This document shows positions 49,890 through 58,697 of a DNA stretch of 64,000 nt, piece by piece. The position numbers were made by a program, and so were the translations under genes. The notes under the pieces were generated by a model, which was not told the origin of the DNA, did no database searches, and was given only the letters and a program-made list of their open reading frames with translations. Positions within the stretch are counted from its first letter, which is position 1; every line of letters starts with the position of its first letter. The DNA lies in assembly GCA_013215285.1 (NCBI GenBank), contig JABSRD010000001.1, positions 418,919 to 482,918 of the forward strand, written 5' to 3'. The stretch is from Nitrosopumilus sp. (lineage in GTDB: Archaea; Thermoproteota; Nitrososphaeria; Nitrososphaerales; Nitrosopumilaceae).

Positions 49890-49963
49890 GGGCCCGTAAC
49901 TCAGCTTGGTAGAGTAACCGGCTCATAACCGGTGAGCCAAGGGATCGAAGCCCTTCGGGCCCA
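49890..49963 (+). tRNA. tRNA with CAT anticodon, probably tRNA-Ile2 (elongator Met not excluded)
   Basis: GGGCCCG/CGGGCCC acceptor, ACCGG-CT CAT AA-CCGGT. It lacks the initiator A1:U72 pair, and the GGGCCC acceptor resembles archaeal Ile2. Confidence 0.9.
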
Positions 49964-49964
49964 T
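49947..49964 (+). repeat. attL: GAAGCCCTTCGGGCCCAT
   Basis: 3' end of the CAT tRNA, identical to 51894-51911. Confidence 0.92.
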
Positions 49965-50007
49965 ACCCTTTTTCATCTTTATTTAGTCCCAAAACTATTA
50001 TCATAAC

Positions 50008-50967
50008 ATGGAATTAAACATAATTTCAGAAGAAGGAGAGGCATATCAAAACTTTGTAGACTCTGTACGAGATTCTGAAATATTAAGAAAATACAATGGC
50101 TATCTGAAATATTTTCTTGAACTAATTCCAAATCCAATGTATAAAGAATATCTTGGATACGAACCAAAATCCAGAGATGTAGAGGATCTTGCAAATGCTT
50201 TTGTTGGAATTGCATTGAAAAATGTAAAAAACGCTAAAGGGATTGTACGTGCATATGTTAGAGAACTAAAAACACTCTATGAGAAAAATGAATTGAAACC
50301 AGCTACCCTCAAAAATAGAATTAAACCCATCAAGAAATTATGTAAAGCAAATGATGTTGAGATATCGTGGCATCTTGTAGACCAATCATTGCCTTTGCCT
50401 GGAAAGAGTAAAGATAGGGCATATACAAGAGATGAACTTCAAAACATGGTTAATTCTTCAGTAAAGCTTGTCGACAAAGTGATAATCACAATGTCTGCCT
50501 CTGGAGGATTTAGAGTAGAATCATGGAATTATTTTTGTTGGAAAGACTTGATATTTTTCAAAAACAATGATGGCACATACAAAGGAGCTGCATTGTTGAT
50601 TTATCGTGGGGATATTGAAGAATATGTCACATGTATTACTCCTGAGGCTTGTAATTATTTGCAATTGTATAGAGAAGAATGGAAAAAACGATTTTTGAGA
50701 TATCCTGAACCTGATGATCCAATACTTGTCAATGTACGAAATTCAAGAATAACTAGACTTGGAATGAATGGTGTTAGACGGAGAATGATAACAATTGCAG
50801 AGACAATTGGTATGAGACCACCATTAACTAGAGAGAAAAATAGACATGATGTAATGATTACTCATGGATTTAGAAAATCATGGAGTACTAATATGCGACG
50901 TGCAAAAGTTGATTTTGCCGACAAGGAGGAGATGATGGGTCACACCATAGCTCAAGAAAAATCATAG
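50008..50967 (+). pseudogene. Tyrosine recombinase/integrase, truncated before the catalytic Tyr
   Basis: SGGFR (Arg I), HGFRK (HxxR), MGH. The frame then runs into IS-derived sequence and stops with no Tyr. Confidence 0.8.
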
Positions 50968-51374
50968 CAAGTGGTAAAAAATTAGTATCTAAAAATCCAA
51001 ACTATGTATTAACTGACTGTCTTAACTCATATCAAGAAGCAATAAGAGAGGAATTTGAAAACAGAACCGCACATGTAAAAACTAAGTCTCTAAAGGAAGG
51101 ATTCGTAAACAGACCTATCGAGAGGTATCACAATGAAATTAGAGAAAGACTCAAAGCTAGACGTGGATTAGGTAATGATAAATCTGCACAAACATTTTCC
51201 GAACTGTTAAAGATTAATCATAACTTTGTGAAACCACATCAAGGATTAGATGGACAAACATCAGCTCAAGCTGCAAATATTGAATTGAATCTTGGTAGTA
51301 ACAAGTATTTTGATTTGATTAAACAATCTACAACAAAACCCAACTTTGTAAATAATTTAGGAAAGAGAATCTAG
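50950..51374 (+). pseudogene. C-terminal fragment of a DDE transposase (IS6/IS240-like)
   Basis: No start codon. Frame reads ...PNYVLTDCLNSYQEA...NRPIERYHNEIRERLKARRGL...HNFVKPHQGLDGQTSAQAA. Confidence 0.75.
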
Positions 51375-51555
51375 AATCTGCCCTTGGTTCTATAAATGAA
51401 TTGATTGATAATCTTGGAAAGAATTAATCAAACCTGTTCGAATCCAAAATAATCACTAAAAATGTTCAAATTCCGTGGACCATTTTTTCAAATGCTCTTT
51501 AAAATAACATACAGATGGTAATATATGAAAATATACAAACTAATTTGATTTGTAT

Positions 51556-51690
51556 ATGATTGAATTTTTAATTCCAGTTATATTTCTGGCTTTGATTATA
51601 TTTTGGAAAAGAGATCTGTTTACTATACCAAATAATTCTACAGATGAATTTTCAGATGGGTCCATACCAATTAAGAATAAAACTACGTAA
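51556..51690 (+). CDS. Putative 44-aa single-pass membrane peptide within the element
   Basis: MIEFLIPVIFLALIIFWKRD... ATG to TAA. Confidence 0.4.
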   Translation: MIEFLIPVIFLALIIFWKRDLFTIPNNSTDEFSDGSIPIKNKTT

Positions 51691-51893
51691 TATGAAATAT
51701 TAGGAAAAATATCGTCAGAGGTTGATGGCAGTAATGATGCAATGAAGATTTATGGTGTGGTGGAGATAGTGGACATGGTGGAAATACTTTGTGGTTTTGT
51801 GGATAAATTTTTAATTAATATGGATATGTGTATGATGTAGGATTTTTACAAAATCAACTCATTCTGGGACTTGAATTGTCATAAAAATCATTA

Positions 51894-51911
51894 GAAGCCC
51901 TTCGGGCCCAT
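51894..51911 (+). repeat. attR: GAAGCCCTTCGGGCCCAT
   Basis: Identical to the tRNA 3' end at 49947-49964. Confidence 0.92.
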
Positions 51912-51953
51912 TTTCTTTCCATTAGTTTTAAAATGAGCAAACTCAAAACCTGT

Positions 51954-52018
51954 TGGCTGCAATGAAGAATCAGAGTTATATCTGAATGATGATTGGAAGG
52001 CATTTGTCTGAGCTGCCA
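51954..52018 (+). ncRNA. Box C/D guide sRNA (dual guide)
   Basis: C box ATGAAGA 51962-68, D' CTGA 51982-85, C' ATGATGA 51986-92, D CTGA 52008-11. Terminal stem TGGCTGC/GCTGCCA, and a TTTTAAAA box about 25 nt upstream. Confidence 0.85.
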
Positions 52019-52022
52019 GAAC

Positions 52023-52628
52023 TCATTTACTAATTTGGTTTTTCACTTTTTCTAAAACACTTTCATCTAAAAGATTTTGATCGTACAATGATTCTGTAAT
52101 TTGTAAAATATTTAGAATTGAATGCATCTTTACACCTAATTCAGATAATGCTTTATCTGCCCCTTCCATCCTGTTGACAATTACATATGCATCTTTAACT
52201 ATCACATTAACTTCTTTTAGAGATTTTATTGCATTTACAACAGAACCTCCAGTAGTTGCTACGTCATCAATCATAACTACTTTCATTCCATCATGAATTT
52301 TTCCTTCAACTGATTTTGAAGTACCATAATCTTTTGGTTTGCTTCTTACGTAGATTAGCGGTTTTACTGTTTCAATAGCTAGTGCTGATGCAATAATTAA
52401 GCCTCCTGTTGGTACTGACACAATTGAGTCAAATTTATCGAATCCTATGTTTTGTGCAATATCATTTTCAAGATATTTTACCATTTTTCGAAATTCTTGA
52501 GGATAACTTGGAACTAGTCTTAAATCTACATAGTATGAACTCTTTTTTCCACTAGCAAGTGTAAATTCTCCAAATTTTATAATTTCATTTTGATGCAAAA
52601 ATGTTGCAAATTCTTTTACAAACTCCAT
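52023..52628 (-). CDS. pyrE: Orotate phosphoribosyltransferase
   Basis: FTLASGKKSSYYVDLR, KDYGT, IDDVATTGGS. Confidence 0.96.
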   Translation of the reverse strand: MEFVKEFATFLHQNEIIKFGEFTLASGKKSSYYVDLRLVPSYPQEFRKMVKYLENDIAQNIGFDKFDSIVSVPTGGLIIASALAIETVKPLIYVRSKPKDYGTSKSVEGKIHDGMKVVMIDDVATTGGSVVNAIKSLKEVNVIVKDAYVIVNRMEGADKALSELGVKMHSILNILQITESLYDQNLLDESVLEKVKNQISK

Positions 52629-52678
52629 ACCAAAATTAACTACACTGGATTTATTTTGGTTTGTATTGAGTATGAATT

Positions 52679-53761
52679 ATGCCTGAAATTTGGTTAAATT
52701 ATGGGATCACAGACGTTGTTTTAGATATAAAGGCAGAAAATTTAGAGCAAAAAATTGATTCTGATGGAAAAATTTTGGAAGATTCAGAAATCAATGAAAA
52801 ACTTGAGAATATTGATTTATCCAAACCAATGGAACTTGTAGTTTTACACAATTCAAAATCAATTCAAAAAATTATTTCATCATTATTTACTTTATGTGAG
52901 CAAAAATCAAAACCATTCCCAAAAATTTTAGCTGAGAAAAAAATCCTAAATTTAGTCAAAGCAGGATTACCTGAGGGAATCTCAATTAATGAATTTGATG
53001 ATGTTGAAATCTCAAATTCAAATCTTGTATTTATGGGCGAAATGGAATTTGATGGATTATTTGGATATGAAACAATTTCAACACGTCTCATCAAAAAATT
53101 TGGTTTAGAATCTATGCTTACAGCATATGCAAAAAGACAGGGAAATCTTCCAACACCTGGACAGTATACTGAAAGTTTTACAGAAGCAAAAAAATTCTCT
53201 GACAATTTTGAAATTCAAGGAATTGAAATTATTGCAAATTCGCAAGGCATACTTGATTTTTCTATAGGTCACCCCTCAAAAACTCTCTCTACAACAAAAA
53301 TTTTAGAGTCCAATTCAATCAAAGATATGGGTCAACATAAAACAATGATAATCAGTACTGGTAAGGATGCAAGTAATGATAACCTTGGAAATTCTTTTTC
53401 TTCACTTTGGAATTGCTCAAATGCAATTAAAAAAGATGGCCTGGCAATTTTAGTAGCTGAATGTAAGGGTGGTTTAGGCTCAGATGCACTTCAACAATTC
53501 ATTGAAGATAGATTAACTTTGGAACAATTACGAAATCCTACAAAATACATTAACGGAATGGAAGATTTATTATTTCTATCAGAAATACAAAAGAATTTTC
53601 AAATTGCTTTGGTTTCAATTCTTCCAGAATTTTATGCAAAAAAACTTAACATGATTTCTCTACCTGGTATGAAATATTCTATGGATTATATTTTAAAAAC
53701 ACAAGGCGTAAAGCAAAAAGTTGCAGTAGTTGCAGATGGCGCTCGACTTTTATTAAGATAA
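52679..53761 (+). CDS. Hypothetical protein resembling the LarA/DUF2088 family
   Basis: N-terminal EIWLNYG and C-terminal GLAILVAECKGGLG...VVADG, reminiscent of the lactate racemase fold. Confidence 0.55.
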   Translation: MPEIWLNYGITDVVLDIKAENLEQKIDSDGKILEDSEINEKLENIDLSKPMELVVLHNSKSIQKIISSLFTLCEQKSKPFPKILAEKKILNLVKAGLPEGISINEFDDVEISNSNLVFMGEMEFDGLFGYETISTRLIKKFGLESMLTAYAKRQGNLPTPGQYTESFTEAKKFSDNFEIQGIEIIANSQGILDFSIGHPSKTLSTTKILESNSIKDMGQHKTMIISTGKDASNDNLGNSFSSLWNCSNAIKKDGLAILVAECKGGLGSDALQQFIEDRLTLEQLRNPTKYINGMEDLLFLSEIQKNFQIALVSILPEFYAKKLNMISLPGMKYSMDYILKTQGVKQKVAVVADGARLLLR

Positions 53762-54859
53762 AAGATTAGACCAAAAACCTGATGGTAACGGTGCACACAA
53801 AACTGCTAATCCTATAATTCCTATGTATGCAAGTTTCCTATTTCTTGAAAGTGGTGTTATGTCATCCAATGGAGTAGCTCCAGTATTTTTTGAACTCATA
53901 ACAAGAATTAACAATGCCATTAACCAATAATTTAACAAAACAAGAATTGCCATACTTCCAAAAGTTGCATATCTATGTAACTTTGCACCAAATAGTGTTC
54001 TTGCCATATGTCCACCATCTAATTGCCATGCTGGAAGCAAATTCAAAAATGTAATTAAAAATCCAATCCACGCTGCAAATAAAATTGGCGTCATGAGAAC
54101 TTCATGTCCTTCTCCACCTTTGCCAAACATTGCTAAACTAGCATGCATTAGCAATGGTTCTCCCATACTCCATTCTATCAATTTAGATTCAGCAAACAAC
54201 CCTGCAGCAATCTCTTGATCTAAAATTGGCGCAGTATATGCCCCATAAATTGAAACTATTATTGCTATCACTAATCCTGCGATGGGCCCTGCAATGGCAA
54301 CATCAAATAAAATTTCTCTATTAATTGTCAATCCCTTCGATTGAATAAATGCCCCAAATGTTGGAATTCCAATTACAGGTAATCCTGGAATAAAATATGG
54401 CCAGCTTGTTTTTAGTTTGTGTGCTTTTGCAGCAGCAATGTGTCCAAGTTCATGTATTCCTAAAATTCCTAACAATGACAGTGTGTATATTGCTGCCATC
54501 TCTAGTGGGTCTCCAATATCCACAATTGAATTTGTTCCTGATGTTCTGTAGTAACCATCAATCATTACAAATGAAATTACAATTGCAAACAAAATTCTAG
54601 GAGTCCATGCTGTATTGAGCCACTTTCTCTGTTTTTTTGGAGTGAATTTTTGAATAATTATGTATTTGCCATCATCCATCTGTTCTAATTTACACACATA
54701 TCTCATATTCTCTAATTTTCTTGCTAATTCCTCAAATTTTGTTTTTAACTTAAAATCTTTAATTTGAAACTCTAATGAAAATTCAGTTTTTGTGAAATCA
54801 TTTACCTCAAATATTGTATTGACCATAGAGATAATGTCTTCTTGCGAGGCCTCATCCAT
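53753..54859 (-). CDS. Site-2 protease family (M50) membrane metalloprotease
   Basis: HELGH, IAGPIAG, NLLPAWQLDGGH. Confidence 0.92.
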   Translation of the reverse strand: MDEASQEDIISMVNTIFEVNDFTKTEFSLEFQIKDFKLKTKFEELARKLENMRYVCKLEQMDDGKYIIIQKFTPKKQRKWLNTAWTPRILFAIVISFVMIDGYYRTSGTNSIVDIGDPLEMAAIYTLSLLGILGIHELGHIAAAKAHKLKTSWPYFIPGLPVIGIPTFGAFIQSKGLTINREILFDVAIAGPIAGLVIAIIVSIYGAYTAPILDQEIAAGLFAESKLIEWSMGEPLLMHASLAMFGKGGEGHEVLMTPILFAAWIGFLITFLNLLPAWQLDGGHMARTLFGAKLHRYATFGSMAILVLLNYWLMALLILVMSSKNTGATPLDDITPLSRNRKLAYIGIIGLAVLCAPLPSGFWSNLLS

Positions 54860-54933
54860 GTGATTAAGACCATTCTCTCCATTAAATGGTCTTTTGGTTT
54901 AAAATTAAATATTGATACAAGTTCTCTATTTAC

Positions 54934-55431
54934 ATGCAAGTAATTCTTAGACAATTAGGGGATTGTAATATTAGAAGAGCAGAACCCAGCGATCTGATTT
55001 CTGTTATGGAAATTAATTTGAAAACTCTTCCTGAACATTATTCTGATTATTTTTACGAAAGTTTGCTTGTAGAAATTCCTGAGGCATTTATCATTGCAGA
55101 AATTGGTGGAAAACATGTTGGTTATATTATGTGTAAAACTGAATTTGGTTTTTCAAATTTTAAAAAGTTAGGATTTGTCAAAAAAGGCCATGTAGTTTCT
55201 ATTGCAGTGCTTGATGAACATCGAAAGAAAGGAATTGGACGAATACTTGTTGAAGAATCCGTTAAGGGTGTAAAATTACAAAAGTGTGATGAATTCTATT
55301 TGGAGGTTAGATGTAGTAATAATGAAGCAGTTAGATTATATGAAAAATATGGATTTGTAATTAGACAACAGCTAAACGCGTATTATCGAGATGGTGAAGA
55401 TGCATATCTAATGGCAATTGAATTAGATTAG
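54934..55431 (+). CDS. rimI: N-terminal acetyltransferase (RimI/Ard1 family)
   Basis: TLPEHYS, GHVVSIAV, RKKGIG, LEVRCSN, YYRDGEDAYLM. Confidence 0.9.
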   Translation: MQVILRQLGDCNIRRAEPSDLISVMEINLKTLPEHYSDYFYESLLVEIPEAFIIAEIGGKHVGYIMCKTEFGFSNFKKLGFVKKGHVVSIAVLDEHRKKGIGRILVEESVKGVKLQKCDEFYLEVRCSNNEAVRLYEKYGFVIRQQLNAYYRDGEDAYLMAIELD

Positions 55432-55468
55432 TTCAAACCAATAAATAACTCACAAAAAATTTCTCGAC

Positions 55469-55687
55469 ATGGATAAACGTAAAGGAACCGGCATTACAAT
55501 TTTCATTTTTTGTATTGCTGGTTTTTTCCTTTATGCATATTTGTTGATGCTATCTGAATGGAGTCCTATAGTATTACAGTTATCCATATTGATGATTGCA
55601 GGGGGAATACTTGCAGCAATTGCATGGATTGGTTATGTTATGGCAACAACAAAACCATCATCTGCAACAATTACTTCTGACGATTAA
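55469..55687 (+). CDS. Small two-TM membrane protein
   Basis: Two hydrophobic helices ending AWIGYVMATT. Confidence 0.75.
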   Translation: MDKRKGTGITIFIFCIAGFFLYAYLLMLSEWSPIVLQLSILMIAGGILAAIAWIGYVMATTKPSSATITSDD

Positions 55688-55688
55688 T

Positions 55689-56525
55689 CTATTTTGAAAT
55701 TTTTACATCTACTACTGTTTGATAATATCTGGGACCTACTGCTCTGACAATTTTTGAAAATAAAATTTCTGATTTTACTGGTGTAACTTGAAGATAATGT
55801 TCTTCTGAAAGTTTTCCTGCTTCTGATTTTTTGTCAGCATGAATGTGTGAATAATAATGAATTATACCTCCATCTTTAGTTGTATTAATTGCAGCATCTA
55901 AAAATTCATCTGATCTTTCAGGCAACAACATCAATGTTCTATCTGATTTATCCGTTAATTCTTCTTCAATAATTTTTGATGCATCATCATTAATTGAAAT
56001 CACTTTTCCTGCAAGCTTATTCATCTCAATATTTTTTTCACATAATTTTGATGCAATGGGGTTAATGTCAATACTATACACTGTACATTTTTTCTTTTTT
56101 GCAGCCATAATAGAAAACATTCCAATACCTGCAAACATGTTAGTCATTATTTCTCCATCTTGAACCAAATTTGCGATTCGTTCCCTTTCAGTAGATAACC
56201 TAGGTGAAAAAAAAGCATTTTCAACATCAACTAAAAATCTACAACCAAATTCTTTGTATTCTGTTTCAGTACTGTCTTCACCTGCAAGAATCTCCAAGTT
56301 CCTTGTACGAAAATCTCCCTCTATTGCAGATGTCTGGTAAAAAACACTTTTTGCTATTTTTACCTCATTTAGTAAAGTTTCTCCAATAATTTTTTTTTTT
56401 GATAGAATGGATTCTGGAATTCTTACAATAATTATGTCTCCAATTTGATCAAAAGCTGATATCAATTCCTCATTTTCATTTGTACTTAGAATACTTTCTA
56501 ATGCTTTTTTTAGCATTCGAGTCAT
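55689..56525 (-). CDS. Trm5/Tyw2-family tRNA methyltransferase
   Basis: FDQIGDIII, FFSPRLSTER, NMFAGIGMF, DINP. Confidence 0.88.
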   Translation of the reverse strand: MTRMLKKALESILSTNENEELISAFDQIGDIIIVRIPESILSKKKIIGETLLNEVKIAKSVFYQTSAIEGDFRTRNLEILAGEDSTETEYKEFGCRFLVDVENAFFSPRLSTERERIANLVQDGEIMTNMFAGIGMFSIMAAKKKKCTVYSIDINPIASKLCEKNIEMNKLAGKVISINDDASKIIEEELTDKSDRTLMLLPERSDEFLDAAINTTKDGGIIHYYSHIHADKKSEAGKLSEEHYLQVTPVKSEILFSKIVRAVGPRYYQTVVDVKISK

Positions 56526-58309
56526 TTTTTATAATAGAAATTTCCAGATGCCTTTTGATTTTTATCTAATCTGCTTTCTAACTTATTTACACGAGGTCTG
56601 AGACTTCTCTCATCTCTTCTAAATGTCATGTCAAGAGATTTTAGGAATCTATTCATAGCATCAGATTTAGACATTGGAGATGTAGCTGTACCTACTGTTC
56701 CTGATTCCCCTTCAAATATTACCATAGAATCTGAAACTAGATCCATTAATTGTAAATCATGATCAATAACTATTGCTGATTTTCCATATGAACGAACAAA
56801 TTTTTGTAAAAATTTGGCAACTGCAATTCTATCCTCCACATCCAAAAATGCTGAAGGCTCATCTAGTGCATATAGATCTACTTTTTGTAGTAAACATGAT
56901 ACTACTGCAACTTTTTGCAATTCCCCACCTGAAAGATTTTTGACAGATTTGTTATAGAGTTTTTTAATTTTTAGCGGTTCAAGTATTTGTTCTTCTTCAA
57001 GACTTCCTTCAACTGGACTTCCATTTGATTTATCTAATAATGATATTACTTCTACATCAATATCATTTTGAAGATATTGTGGTTTGTATGCTATCTTTAT
57101 TTTTTTATCAATTTTTCCAGAATCTGGTTTTATGACTCCTGCAATCATTTTCATCATTGTAGTTTTTCCAAGAGCATTTGCACCCATTATGCCTAAAACT
57201 TCCCCTTTTCTTACTCTCCCAGGCTCAATTGTTAATGAAAATGAATCAAATTTTTTCTCAAGTTTTGGATAAGTAACAACATCACTTCCTTCTTGAAAAA
57301 TATCTGTGGATGAAGAAGATACATCAAAAGAAAATTTCTTGTCTCTAAATCTAACATTTTCTGTAGGTAAATATCCATCAAGAAAAACATTGATTCCAAT
57401 TTTGGTAGATAGAACCCTTGAAACAATTCCATATGCTGTTGGTTCACCGTATAATACTTCGATGTAATCACTAAGAAAGTCTAGTAATGTTAGATCATGT
57501 TCTACTACCATTACACTTTTTCCAATCTTTGCTAAATTTTGTATCACTCTAGCAACACCTATTCTTTGAAAAACATCATTGTATGATGATGGTTCATCAA
57601 AAAAGTAAAACTCTGTATCTTTTGATGCTGCAACTGCTACTGCAATTCTTTGTAGTTCACCTCCACTTAATTCCTTTAAATCCTGTTCCATGGAATTTTC
57701 TAATCCTAATTCTTTGATTAGTTTTCTTGATACTCCTCTTTCATCATATTTGTCAAGAAGATCTTTTCCTGTTCCCTCAAATGCTTGTGCGACTTGATAT
57801 ACTTGTTGAGGTTTTATTGATGCACGAATTTGTTTGTGTTCAATTTTTTCAAAATGTTGTTTAAGTTCTGTTCCGCTATAATATTTTAAAATCTCATCCC
57901 ATTCTGGTGGATTTTCATATCTTCCAAGATTTGGTTTAAGATTTCCTGATAGTATGTTAACTACAGTACTTTTCCCCATTCCGTTTCGTCCCAATAGTCC
58001 AACAACTTCCCCTTTTCTTGGAGTAGGTAATCTGAATAAACGAAATGAATTTGGTCCATATTGATGAATTTTTTCTGTTGCTAATTCACTTGCAAGATTA
58101 ACAATTGTTATTGCATCAAATGGACATACTTTGACACATATTCCACAGCCATTACAGATGTCTTCATCGATTTGAGCTTTTTTTGATTCTTCATTAATTA
58201 CGATGCATTCTGCACCTGATTTGTTGACTGGACAGTATTTTATGCACTCTAAACCACATTTTTTTGGTTGGCATAGATCTTGATCTAAAACGGCAACTCT
58301 ATGTGTCAT
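56522..58309 (-). CDS. ABCE1/RLI ribosome recycling ATPase
   Basis: N-terminal Fe-S CQPKKCGLECIKYCP / CNGCGICVKVCP and two ABC domains (GRNGMGKS, GANALGKT, LSGGELQ). Confidence 0.97.
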   Translation of the reverse strand: MTHRVAVLDQDLCQPKKCGLECIKYCPVNKSGAECIVINEESKKAQIDEDICNGCGICVKVCPFDAITIVNLASELATEKIHQYGPNSFRLFRLPTPRKGEVVGLLGRNGMGKSTVVNILSGNLKPNLGRYENPPEWDEILKYYSGTELKQHFEKIEHKQIRASIKPQQVYQVAQAFEGTGKDLLDKYDERGVSRKLIKELGLENSMEQDLKELSGGELQRIAVAVAASKDTEFYFFDEPSSYNDVFQRIGVARVIQNLAKIGKSVMVVEHDLTLLDFLSDYIEVLYGEPTAYGIVSRVLSTKIGINVFLDGYLPTENVRFRDKKFSFDVSSSSTDIFQEGSDVVTYPKLEKKFDSFSLTIEPGRVRKGEVLGIMGANALGKTTMMKMIAGVIKPDSGKIDKKIKIAYKPQYLQNDIDVEVISLLDKSNGSPVEGSLEEEQILEPLKIKKLYNKSVKNLSGGELQKVAVVSCLLQKVDLYALDEPSAFLDVEDRIAVAKFLQKFVRSYGKSAIVIDHDLQLMDLVSDSMVIFEGESGTVGTATSPMSKSDAMNRFLKSLDMTFRRDERSLRPRVNKLESRLDKNQKASGNFYYKK

Positions 58310-58403
58310 GTCGTAATTTGGTATTTTCTTTGCTTTATACCTATTTTGAGCACGTTTTCAATTGGCGTTACGTTAATAGATGAGAATCTGACACCATTAT
58401 TCA

Positions 58404-58519
58404 AGCCGGCCATAGCGTTAGGGTGCGACCCAATCCCATTCCGAACTTGGAAGTCAAACCTAATGTCGCTGTTGTGCTACTAAGATGCGAGAGCTCTTGG
58501 GAAGCAACAGTGCTGGCAT
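58404..58519 (+). rRNA. rrf: 5S rRNA (unlinked from 16S/23S)
   Basis: GCCGGCCATAGC...CCCATTCCGAAC..GGAAGTCAAAC...TGCTGGCA, with helix I closing GCCGGC/GCTGGC. Confidence 0.93.
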
Positions 58520-58566
58520 TTTCTAATTTACAATCTTTTAATATTGAATTGATTGATTTGATTTTG

Positions 58567-58695
58567 ATGGCAAATTGTACTGTATGTGGAGAATCATTTA
58601 CTGATGATATTCGATTTCTAAATCACATGATGGAAAAACATGGTTTTAGAAATCCAAATGTTGGTACGCCTGATAGAAATAGTAGAGGATACTAA
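58567..58695 (+). CDS. C2H2 zinc-finger micro-protein (42 aa)
   Basis: MANCTVCGESFTDDIRFLNHMMEKHG = C-x2-C-x3-F-x5-F-x2-H-x4-H. ATG at 58567. Confidence 0.8.
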   Translation: MANCTVCGESFTDDIRFLNHMMEKHGFRNPNVGTPDRNSRGY

Positions 58696-58697
58696 TT

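Larger units (their letters stand above)
49947..51911 (+). mobile_element. Degenerate tRNA-integrated element (about 1.95 kb) bounded by attL/attR
   Basis: 18-bp direct repeat of the tRNA 3' end, an adjacent tyrosine integrase, and an IS fragment. Confidence 0.85.

Noticed and set aside
51375-51893. Further genes inside the integrated element
   Set aside because: All frames are interrupted by stops. Apart from a 44-aa ORF, no product could be supported
58423-58566. N-terminal part of the 90-aa ORF in the track
   Set aside because: It overlaps the 5S rRNA. The real CDS starts at ATG 58567
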